Shown piece by piece: positions 56,628-64,000 of a DNA stretch of 64,000 bases. Source of the stretch: Flavobacteriaceae bacterium (GTDB lineage: Bacteria > Bacteroidota > Bacteroidia > Flavobacteriales > Flavobacteriaceae); NCBI GenBank assembly GCA_002694465.1, contig NZMG01000030.1, positions 3,488-67,487 on the forward strand. The letters are read 5' to 3'. Position numbers and translations under genes: made by a program. Numbering within the stretch: position 1 is the first letter of the stretch; each line of letters begins with the position of its first letter. The notes beneath the pieces are model-generated. The model was not told the DNA's origin. It did no database searches and saw only the letters and a program-made list of their open reading frames with translations.

Positions 56628-57652
56628 TGAGCAAACCTAACATATTACTTATTTATACAGGGGGAACCATAGGGATGATTAAGGACTTTAAAACAGGTGC
56701 CTTAAAGAATTTCAATTTTGACGAATTATTAAAACACATCCCAGAACTTCACCTTTTGGATTGTCATATTAAAACAAAAAGTTTTGATAATCCTATAGAT
56801 AGTTCAAATATGAAACCTGAATATTGGGTTCGTTTAGCTGAAATGATTGAGGATAATTATTCAAAATTTGATGGCTTTGTTGTTTTACATGGAAGTGATA
56901 CCATGTCTTATACTGCTTCAGCATTAAGTTTTATGTTGGAGAATCTTTCAAAACCTGTAATTTTTACTGGATCGCAATTGCCTATTGGAGATTTACGAAC
57001 CGATGCCAAAGAAAATTTAATTACGTCCATTCAGATAGCTGCGGTACAGGAAAAGGGTAAACCTAAAATTCAGGAAGTCTGCCTTTATTTTGAATACAAG
57101 TTATATAGAGCCAATAGGACAACAAAAATAAATGCCGAACATTTTGAAGCTTTCGCTTCTTTAAATTATCCGCCTTTAGCCGAAAGTGGAGTGCATCTTG
57201 TTTTTAACGACCACGCTTTGTTGAAGTTAAAAAGTAATAAGGAGTTGAAAGTTCACAAAAAAATGGAAACACAGATTTTATTAATAAAAATGTTTCCAGG
57301 GTTAAATGAAGACACCTTAACTCACTTACTTTCATGGAAGGAGCTGAAAGGAGTAATATTAGAATCCTTTGGAAGTGGAAACGTAACCAATGAATCTTGG
57401 TTAACCAATGCATTGTCAAAAATTATTTTAAAAGGTATTCCTGTTGTAAATGTAACACAATGCTCCGGAGGAAGTGTGGCAATGGGGCTTTATGAAACAA
57501 GCACACATTTAAAAAAGATTGGGGTTATCTCTGGTAAGGACATCACAACCGAGGCGGCATTAGGGAAAATGATGTTGCTATTAGGAGAAAGTGTAAATCC
57601 TTCAGAATTTAAAAACTTATTTGAAAAGTCACTCTGTGGAGAAATGGATTAA
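56627..57652 (+). CDS. ansA: Type I (cytoplasmic) L-asparaginase
   Basis: YTGGTIGM, IDSSNM, LHGSDTMSYTASAL, TGSQLP. Confidence 0.93.
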   Translation: MSKPNILLIYTGGTIGMIKDFKTGALKNFNFDELLKHIPELHLLDCHIKTKSFDNPIDSSNMKPEYWVRLAEMIEDNYSKFDGFVVLHGSDTMSYTASALSFMLENLSKPVIFTGSQLPIGDLRTDAKENLITSIQIAAVQEKGKPKIQEVCLYFEYKLYRANRTTKINAEHFEAFASLNYPPLAESGVHLVFNDHALLKLKSNKELKVHKKMETQILLIKMFPGLNEDTLTHLLSWKELKGVILESFGSGNVTNESWLTNALSKIILKGIPVVNVTQCSGGSVAMGLYETSTHLKKIGVISGKDITTEAALGKMMLLLGESVNPSEFKNLFEKSLCGEMD

Positions 57653-57723
57653 ATAACCCATTAAAAAATTTCACTAAGTATTATTTTTTTTGTTATTTGC
57701 CCTCCCTTATAAAAGAGGAAATT

Positions 57724-57811
57724 AGAGAGGTGGCCGAGTGGTCGAAGGCGCACGCCTGGAAAGTGTGTATACGCCAAAAGCGTATCGAGGGTTCGAATCC
57801 CTTCCTCTCTG
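57724..57811 (+). tRNA. tRNA-Ser (anticodon GGA); CCA not encoded
   Basis: Acceptor stem AGAGAGG/CCTCTCT, anticodon arm CACGC-CTGGAAA-GTGTG, long variable arm, GGTTCGAATCC T-loop. Confidence 0.97.
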
Positions 57812-57966
57812 CAAAATTGTAATCTTGGGAATAAAAGTAAAAAATAGAGCAACCATTTTATAAAACAAGACTATAATTAAGACTGCGCAAATTAATTGTT
57901 GCAGATTAACTAAATAATTTTATATCTTTAAACCTTTAACTAAAAACAAACTTTAAGTCGATAGCA

Positions 57967-58770
57967 ATGAAAAAATTATTTTCTATTCTAGCAATTGCCG
58001 CAATGGTTTTTGCAGGCACTAGCAACGTAAACGCAACCGCTGTACAATCTTTACCAACAAGTGTACAATCTTTGTCTTCAGCGGCTACCGTAACTATTAT
58101 TCAAGAGGAAGAAGCCTCAACGGCAACAGAATCCAAAGGGTTTCATCAAGAGCTCAAGCAACGTTTCATTGAAGGAGGTCCTGGATTTATGGGGATTGTA
58201 CTTCTTTGTTTAATTCTTGGATTAGCTATTGCTATCGAAAGAATTATTTATTTAAATCTTTCTACAACGAACACTTCAAAACTTGCAAGCAGCGTTGAAG
58301 ACGCCCTTAATAGTGGTGGTGTTGAAGCAGCTAAGGAAGTTTGTAGAAATACAAAAGGCCCAGTAGCTTCCATCTACTATCAAGGTCTTGATCGTGCAGA
58401 TGAGAGTATCGATGCAGCCGAAAAAGCTGTGGTATCTTATGGAGGAGTACAAATGGGACAATTAGAAAAGAATGTATCTTGGATTTCATTATTTATTGCA
58501 TTAGCACCTATGCTTGGTTTCATGGGAACTGTAATTGGGATGATTCAAGCATTTGATAAAATTCAAGCAGCTGGAGATATGAACCCATCTTTAGTAGCTG
58601 GAGGTATTAAAGTAGCACTTTTAACTACAGTATTTGGTTTGATCGTGGCGATTATTCTTCAAATTTTCTACAACTATATTGTAGCCAAAATTGATAGTAT
58701 TGTAAATAACATGGAAGACGCATCTATTACTCTAATAGATATGCTTGTAGATTACAAAAACAAAAAATAA
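57967..58770 (+). CDS. exbB: MotA/TolQ/ExbB proton channel protein
   Basis: APMLGFMGTVIGMIQAF, GGIKVALLTTVFGL. Confidence 0.93.
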   Translation: MKKLFSILAIAAMVFAGTSNVNATAVQSLPTSVQSLSSAATVTIIQEEEASTATESKGFHQELKQRFIEGGPGFMGIVLLCLILGLAIAIERIIYLNLSTTNTSKLASSVEDALNSGGVEAAKEVCRNTKGPVASIYYQGLDRADESIDAAEKAVVSYGGVQMGQLEKNVSWISLFIALAPMLGFMGTVIGMIQAFDKIQAAGDMNPSLVAGGIKVALLTTVFGLIVAIILQIFYNYIVAKIDSIVNNMEDASITLIDMLVDYKNKK

Positions 58771-58788
58771 TTAAAATCGTACCATACC

Positions 58789-59232
58789 ATGGGATTACAT
58801 AAAATAATTAAAATTTTAGCACTTATCTTAAGCGTTGTTGGAATCATATTTTTCGTTATGATTCTTAGCGCTGGAGATGCAGCTATTGAAGCTGGAGAGA
58901 GTGCTGGATCTGTAAATGGAGCCTTATATACATCCTATATTATCTTAGGTTTAGTTCTAGCATTTGTGCTTGTATTTGTTCTTAAGGGGGTTTTTGCTGG
59001 AGATATCAAGAAAACACTTATCACAGTAGGTGCTTTTTTGGCCATAGCAATCATAGGATATGTTATGTCTAGTGGAAGTTTAGAAGGCTTACCGGAAGAT
59101 TTAATAATAACCGAAAATGTAACTGAAACAACCTCAAAATGGGTTGGAGCAGGATTAAATACGTTTTACATTTTAGGTGTTTTGGCTATTGGAGCCATGA
59201 TTTTAAGCGGACTTAAAAGAGTAACTAAATAA
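58789..59232 (+). CDS. Four-TM membrane protein within the ExbB/ExbD operon
   Basis: 147 aa with four hydrophobic helices; its stop overlaps the exbD start. Confidence 0.8.
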   Translation: MGLHKIIKILALILSVVGIIFFVMILSAGDAAIEAGESAGSVNGALYTSYIILGLVLAFVLVFVLKGVFAGDIKKTLITVGAFLAIAIIGYVMSSGSLEGLPEDLIITENVTETTSKWVGAGLNTFYILGVLAIGAMILSGLKRVTK

Positions 59233-59858
59233 TGGCAAGAAGAGCATCACCCGAAGTTAATGCAGGATCTATGGCAGACATAGCATTCCTACTACTTATT
59301 TTTTTCTTGGTTACTACAACCATTGAAAAAGATAAAGGGATTGCTAGACAATTGCCTCCAAAAATAGAGGATACTCCAGATGTAATTATAAAGCAGAAGA
59401 ATCTCTTTATAGTTAATGTGAATAAGCATGATCAACTTCTTGTAGAAGAAGAATTAATGGATTTAAAAGATTTGCGTCAAGCCGCGATCGAATTTATCGA
59501 TAATGGGGGCGCGCCCTCTGGATCACCAGAGTTTTGTAATTTTTGCAAAGGAAAGAGATCTCCAGAATCTTCAGATAATCCAGATAAAGCTGTTATATCT
59601 GTTCAGAATGATAGATTAACCTCCTATAAAATGTATATAGCAGTTCAAAATGAATTAGTGGCTGCCTATAATTTTTTAAGAGATAGAGAATCTGAGCGTT
59701 TATATGGTTGGAAGTATACTCAAATGAAAAAGGCGATTGATGAAGGGGATATTACAGATGAAAAGCGAGTGGAGTCGATTCAAGAAAAGCTTCAAACGGT
59801 TCAAGATTTAATTCCTCTAAAACTTTCAGAAGCAGAACCCAAAAAATCTGGATCTTAA
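59232..59858 (+). CDS. exbD: ExbD/TolR family protein (first copy)
   Basis: NAGSMADIAFLLLIFFLVTT with the conserved TM Asp. Confidence 0.9.
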   Translation: MARRASPEVNAGSMADIAFLLLIFFLVTTTIEKDKGIARQLPPKIEDTPDVIIKQKNLFIVNVNKHDQLLVEEELMDLKDLRQAAIEFIDNGGAPSGSPEFCNFCKGKRSPESSDNPDKAVISVQNDRLTSYKMYIAVQNELVAAYNFLRDRESERLYGWKYTQMKKAIDEGDITDEKRVESIQEKLQTVQDLIPLKLSEAEPKKSGS

Positions 59859-59869
59859 AATTGTAAGAA

Positions 59870-60340
59870 ATGTCAAAATTTAAAAAGAAAAAAAGCGGCG
59901 AAATCCCTGCAGTAAATACTGCATCATTGCCAGATATTGTGTTTATGTTACTGTTTTTCTTTATGGTTGTTACCGTATTAAGGGATAGCCAACTTTTGGT
60001 GCAACAAAAGCTTCCAAAGGGAGATCAAGTAGAAAAACTAAAGAAGGACAGATCTGTATTTATTTATGCAGGTAAACCTGGTGCTGGATATGAAAAGTTC
60101 GGGAAAGAGGCTAAAATTCAAATTGGAGATAAATTTACCGATGTTTCAAACATTAAATTTGCTTTAGAAGAATTAAGAAGAAAACTACGCCCAGAACTTC
60201 AAGATAAGGTAATGGTTGCGCTTAAAGTTGATGAAGAAACCAATACCGGTTTGGTTACGGACATTAAACAAGAACTTAGAGATTTAAATTTGTTAAAGTT
60301 AATTTACATAACTACTCCAGGAAATCAATTGGAAAATTAA
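59870..60340 (+). CDS. exbD: ExbD/TolR family protein (second copy)
   Basis: NTASLPDIVFMLLFFFMVVT with the conserved TM Asp. Confidence 0.9.
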   Translation: MSKFKKKKSGEIPAVNTASLPDIVFMLLFFFMVVTVLRDSQLLVQQKLPKGDQVEKLKKDRSVFIYAGKPGAGYEKFGKEAKIQIGDKFTDVSNIKFALEELRRKLRPELQDKVMVALKVDEETNTGLVTDIKQELRDLNLLKLIYITTPGNQLEN

Positions 60341-60358
60341 TAAATTAAATAATTTATT

Positions 60359-60397
60359 AAAACGCCTTACACTTTAATATAGAGTAAGGCGTTTTTT
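60359..60397 (+). terminator. Rho-independent terminator
   Basis: aaaacgccttac...gtaaggcgtttt followed by a T run. Confidence 0.85.
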
Positions 60398-60436
60398 TAT
60401 GACATTATTTGGAACGTAATTAATTATATTTACAAT

Positions 60437-61144
60437 ATGCAGGATAGTAAAACGATACTTCTTTATTTTCTCTTTGGGGTCCTTTCCTTCAGTTTATATT
60501 CACAGGATATTATAAAGGATAGTATCGTGGATTCTAAATACAGAGAAGATCAGTTTTATGCGGGTGTGACCTACAATATGGTTACAAAAACACCAAGTGG
60601 ATTTAATTTTAAGGGTGTCTCTGGTGGAATTCACTTTGGATTTTTAAGAGATATGCCTATTAACGAACAACGTAATGTTGCTATTGCAATAGGGATTGGT
60701 CTTAGTTTTGACCAATATGGGCAAAATCTTTTTATAGGAGAAGATTCATCCGAAAATACCCTTTTTAGTATTTTGGATGACTCTGTAGATTATACTTCAA
60801 ATGTTTTTAGGACGGCTTCCATAGAATTGCCTTTTGAAATTAGATGGAGAACCTCAACACCAACTGTTTATAAATTTTGGAGAGTATATGCAGGTGTAAA
60901 GCCGGGTTATACCTATTGGTATCGATCGCAGTTTAAACAAACTGATAATACGGTTTCGCAAACTAAGATTCCTGAATTTCAAAAATTAAGTTTGGGAGCG
61001 ACATTGGCTTTTGGTTATGGGACATTTAACTTCTATGCTAATTATAGTATTCTTCCTTTCTTTAAGAATGCTACTATAGAGGATACTAACGAAAGTATTT
61101 CTTTTAATCCACTTAAAATAGGAATCATCTTCTATATCCTATAA
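60437..61144 (+). CDS. Outer membrane beta-barrel (porin family) protein
   Basis: Signal peptide, KYREDQFYAGVTYN, ELPFEIRWR, aromatic C-terminus IFYIL. Confidence 0.8.
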   Translation: MQDSKTILLYFLFGVLSFSLYSQDIIKDSIVDSKYREDQFYAGVTYNMVTKTPSGFNFKGVSGGIHFGFLRDMPINEQRNVAIAIGIGLSFDQYGQNLFIGEDSSENTLFSILDDSVDYTSNVFRTASIELPFEIRWRTSTPTVYKFWRVYAGVKPGYTYWYRSQFKQTDNTVSQTKIPEFQKLSLGATLAFGYGTFNFYANYSILPFFKNATIEDTNESISFNPLKIGIIFYIL

Positions 61145-61744
61145 CCAAAAATTTAGCATAAGTAGTTGAGGTATTACACCTAAAAAAAAACCTAAAATAA
61201 GCTCTATTTTGGTATGTGAATTGGTGTGTAGTCTCGAGGATGCTACCCACCCATTGGCAAAGATTAATGCACCAATCCAAAATAGCATATTTATTTTAAA
61301 ATGAATACTCAATGCTATGACAAAAAAGGTGAGTCCAGCAATCCCCATTTGGTGTAAACTTGCTTTAATTTTAAAAACGACTAAGAATAATGCAGCAAAT
61401 GTTGAAAACAATACGCCTACAAAAAAGAAATAAAGTTCTGGTGTAATATAAGCGTCAAACACCATTTTTATTATTAAAAATATGAGGACGCATTGAAGCA
61501 TTAACGGGATTTTTCGTTCTCCAACTTCTTCGAGTTTTATCGACTTAACAAGTTTTAAGTTCCGAAGTAAAAAGTAGGTAACTATAGGTACAAATACGGT
61601 AATGATAGCAATAGCTAATAGTTTATTGCCTATAGTTTCTGTTTCTACGTACCTAGGTGTAATTATATAATAAATTGCTGCGCCTAAAAAAGGCATTAGC
61701 AATGGATGCAGCACATACGCTCCTAATCTAAGAAAATGGTTCAT
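61139..61744 (-). CDS. PAP2-like integral membrane protein
   Basis: Several TM helices; KASLHQMG and SRLHTNSHT motifs reminiscent of PAP2 phosphatases. Confidence 0.6.
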   Translation of the reverse strand: MNHFLRLGAYVLHPLLMPFLGAAIYYIITPRYVETETIGNKLLAIAIITVFVPIVTYFLLRNLKLVKSIKLEEVGERKIPLMLQCVLIFLIIKMVFDAYITPELYFFFVGVLFSTFAALFLVVFKIKASLHQMGIAGLTFFVIALSIHFKINMLFWIGALIFANGWVASSRLHTNSHTKIELILGFFLGVIPQLLMLNFWL

Positions 61745-63207
61745 TAAATTTCTTTTCGAAGTCTGGCCACTGGTAAATCCAGTTGTTCTCTATATTTTGC
61801 TATGGTTCTTCTTGCGATAGGATAGCCCTTCTCTTTTAGAATTTTTGCCAATTTATCGTCTGTTAGAGGCTTTCTCTTGTTTTCTTCGGCTATGGTCATT
61901 TCAAGAATTTTCTTGATTTCTTTTGTAGAAACATCTTCGCCTTGATCATTCTTCATCGATTCACTAAAAAAGTCTTTTATGAGCTTTGTTCCATAGGGAG
62001 TATCAACATATTTACTATTTGCCACACGAGAAACCGTAGAAACATCCATATTAATTTTATCGGCAATATCTTTTAAAATCATAGGTTTTAACCTGCGTTC
62101 ATCGCCTGATAAAAAATACTCCTTTTGATAATGCATAATGGCATTCATAGTAACGTAGAGTGTCTGTTGCCGTTGTTTTATTGCATCAATAAACCACTTT
62201 GCAGCGTCGAGTTTTTGCTTAATAAACATGACCGCATCCTTTTGAGATTTTGATTTCTCTTTGGATTCTTTATAGCCTTTTAACATGTCACTATAATCTC
62301 TAGAGACATGTAGTTCTGGCGCATTTCTACCATTTAAAGTAAGATCGAGTTCACCTTCAATTATTTTAATAGCAAAATCTGGAACAATATGTTCAATAAT
62401 TCTAGTGTTTCCCGAATAGGCACCCCCCGGTTTTGGATTGAGCCCTTCAATTTCATGGATGGCTTCGCGAAGTTGGTCTTCGGAAATGTCGAATTTTGAA
62501 ATTAATTTTTTGTAATGCTTTTTTGTGAATTGATCAAAAGCAGTTTCAATGATTTTTGTGGCAAGTTGAACCGAAGGTTCTTCTTCTTTCCTTTTTAACT
62601 GAATTAATAAACATTCTTGAAGATTTCTTGCGCCCACTCCTGCGGGATCCAATTCTTGGACAATACCTAACACTTTTTCAATGCGTTCTTTGGAGGTGTA
62701 AATATTTTGAGTAAAAGCTAAGTCATCTACAATATCTTCGATATCTCTTCTTATATAACCACTCTCATCAACGCTTCCAATTAAAAACTGCGCTATTTCA
62801 AATGCTTCGTCATCAAGCCTGTAGGTGTTTAATTGTTGTAAAAGATATTGATTAAATGAGGTACCCGAAGCAAACGGAGTTTCTTTTTCTTCATCATCTG
62901 CACTGTAGTTATTAGCTGAGAGTTTATAACTTGGAGTTTCGTCATCACTCAAATAATCATCTACATTTATGTCGGTTTCAATAACTTCGTTACCATCATC
63001 ATAATCGTCAAACTCATCATTGTCAAACTCGTCATTTTCTAAGGTATCTTTCTCATCTTTTCCTCCTTCTAAGGCAGGGTTTTCCTCCAATTCCTGTGAG
63101 ATGCGTTGTTCAAAGGCTTGTGTTGGCAATTGAATTAACTTCATCAACTGGATTTGTTGAGGAGATAACTTTTGTGATAACTTAAAATTAAGTTGTTGTT
63201 TTAACAT
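61744..63207 (-). CDS. rpoN: RNA polymerase sigma-54 factor
   Basis: Gln-rich region I LSQKLSPQQIQLMKL, DPAGVGARNL, RpoN box ARRTIAKYRE. Start reassigned to MLKQQL (63207). Confidence 0.96.
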   Translation of the reverse strand: MLKQQLNFKLSQKLSPQQIQLMKLIQLPTQAFEQRISQELEENPALEGGKDEKDTLENDEFDNDEFDDYDDGNEVIETDINVDDYLSDDETPSYKLSANNYSADDEEKETPFASGTSFNQYLLQQLNTYRLDDEAFEIAQFLIGSVDESGYIRRDIEDIVDDLAFTQNIYTSKERIEKVLGIVQELDPAGVGARNLQECLLIQLKRKEEEPSVQLATKIIETAFDQFTKKHYKKLISKFDISEDQLREAIHEIEGLNPKPGGAYSGNTRIIEHIVPDFAIKIIEGELDLTLNGRNAPELHVSRDYSDMLKGYKESKEKSKSQKDAVMFIKQKLDAAKWFIDAIKQRQQTLYVTMNAIMHYQKEYFLSGDERRLKPMILKDIADKINMDVSTVSRVANSKYVDTPYGTKLIKDFFSESMKNDQGEDVSTKEIKKILEMTIAEENKRKPLTDDKLAKILKEKGYPIARRTIAKYREQLDLPVARLRKEI

Positions 63208-63234
63208 AAAATAATTGACCTTTCTATAAAAATA

Positions 63235-63270
63235 AAAAAAATCCAGCAACGAAACTACGGAACTGGATTT
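63235..63270 (-). terminator. Terminator after asnS
   Basis: aaatccag...ctggattt stem with a T run on the minus strand. Confidence 0.65.
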
Positions 63271-63291
63271 AATATCTCTGGTTTTGTATAA

Positions 63292-64000
63292 TTAAAAGGA
63301 AGCATTACCTGGGGTTCTTGGATAAGGTATAACATCTCTAATATTTCCCATTCCCGTAACAAATAATACCAGCCTCTCAAATCCTAGTCCAAATCCACTG
63401 TGGACGCAGGTTCCAAATTTTCGTAAATCTAAATACCAATACAATTCTTCTTCTGGAATGCCCATCACTTCCATCTTCTTTTTCAACACGTCATACCGTT
63501 CTTCTCTCTGTGAACCCCCAACAATTTCACCGATTCCTGGAAACAAAACATCCATGGCTCTAACGGTTTCTCTCCCCTTTTCATCCGCATCATTTAAACG
63601 CATATAAAAGGCCTTTATTTTGGCAGGATAATCGAATAATATAACGGGGCATTTAAAGTGCTTTTCTACTAAAAAGCGTTCATGTTCACTTTGCAAATCA
63701 GCGCCCCATTCTTCAATAAGGTATTTGAATTTCTTCTTTTTGTTTTCTTTACTGTTTTTAAGAATATCAATAGCCTCAGTATATGTAATTCGAACAAAAT
63801 TATTCTCTAACACAAACCGAAGCTTATCGGTTAATTTCATTTCGCTTCTTTCGGCCTGAGGCTTATTTTTTTCTTCAGTAAGTAGTCGCTCTTCTAGAAA
63901 CTCCAAATCTTCTTGACAGTGATCCAATGCATATTGAATGACATACTTAATAAAATCTTCAGCAAGGTCCATATTGGCATCCAAATCGTTAAAAGCAACC
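63292..64000 (-). CDS. asnS: Asparagine--tRNA ligase; partial, 5' end lies beyond the window
   Basis: [41 protein letters not shown]-like [19 protein letters not shown]. Confidence 0.96.
   Translation of the reverse strand, partial: VAFNDLDANMDLAEDFIKYVIQYALDHCQEDLEFLEERLLTEEKNKPQAERSEMKLTDKLRFVLENNFVRITYTEAIDILKNSKENKKKKFKYLIEEWGADLQSEHERFLVEKHFKCPVILFDYPAKIKAFYMRLNDADEKGRETVRAMDVLFPGIGEIVGGSQREERYDVLKKKMEVMGIPEEELYWYLDLRKFGTCVHSGFGLGFERLVLFVTGMGNIRDVIPYPRTPGNASF

Noticed and set aside
57724-57966. tRNA-Ser as an integration site
   Set aside because: No duplicated tRNA 3' end, integrase or foreign-looking genes; the flanks are asparaginase and exbB.
1734-58461. Numerous 60-160-aa ORFs nested in or antisense to long genes (for example 11872-12360, 19036-19422, 23435-23776, 35763-36053)
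   Set aside because: They are shadow frames of well-supported genes, with no motifs or independent expression signals.
1-64000. CRISPR arrays, IS elements, prophage genes, rRNA
   Set aside because: I saw no regularly spaced repeats, transposase/integrase motifs, phage structural genes or rRNA sequence on reading; a computational scan would confirm.

Overview
An AT-rich, mostly core-genome segment of a Flavobacteriaceae (Bacteroidota) chromosome; the taxon is inferred from T9SS C-terminal domains, a SusC/SusD pair, TAnnTTTG promoters and gene families. It contains two tandem T9SS cargo genes (one missed by the ORF track), nucleotide-metabolism genes (dCMP deaminase, nrdBA, dGTPase), and an inorganic phosphate/carbon uptake island at about 11.9-24.8 kb (Na/Pi symporter, PiT, phosphate-selective porin, SulP plus beta-carbonic anhydrase, lipoprotein plus TonB-dependent receptor). 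Further right are an M36 protease, dxs, aspS, a SusCD pair, a TetR-TolC-MFP-RND operon, sucAB, a TPR kinase/NarL pair, tRNA-Ser(GGA), an ExbB/ExbD cluster, rpoN and a partial asnS. I found no mobile element, CRISPR array or rRNA. The most interesting signal is non-coding. A ~90-nt candidate sRNA (minus strand, ~17266-17355) has its own promoter and terminator and is antisense to the translation-initiation regions of both the phosphate porin and the Na/Pi symporter. Its seed has a third complementary site in a neighbouring 3' UTR. It sits among promoters that share an 11-bp-phased, Pho-box-like TAACA repeat at a fixed distance from the -7 element. Also unannotated: a second candidate sRNA (~10792-10897), a leaderless PPP-ending uORF before SulP/CA, and a 38-aa membrane protein with a NarL-type operator. 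All regulatory assignments are inferences from sequence and are untested.
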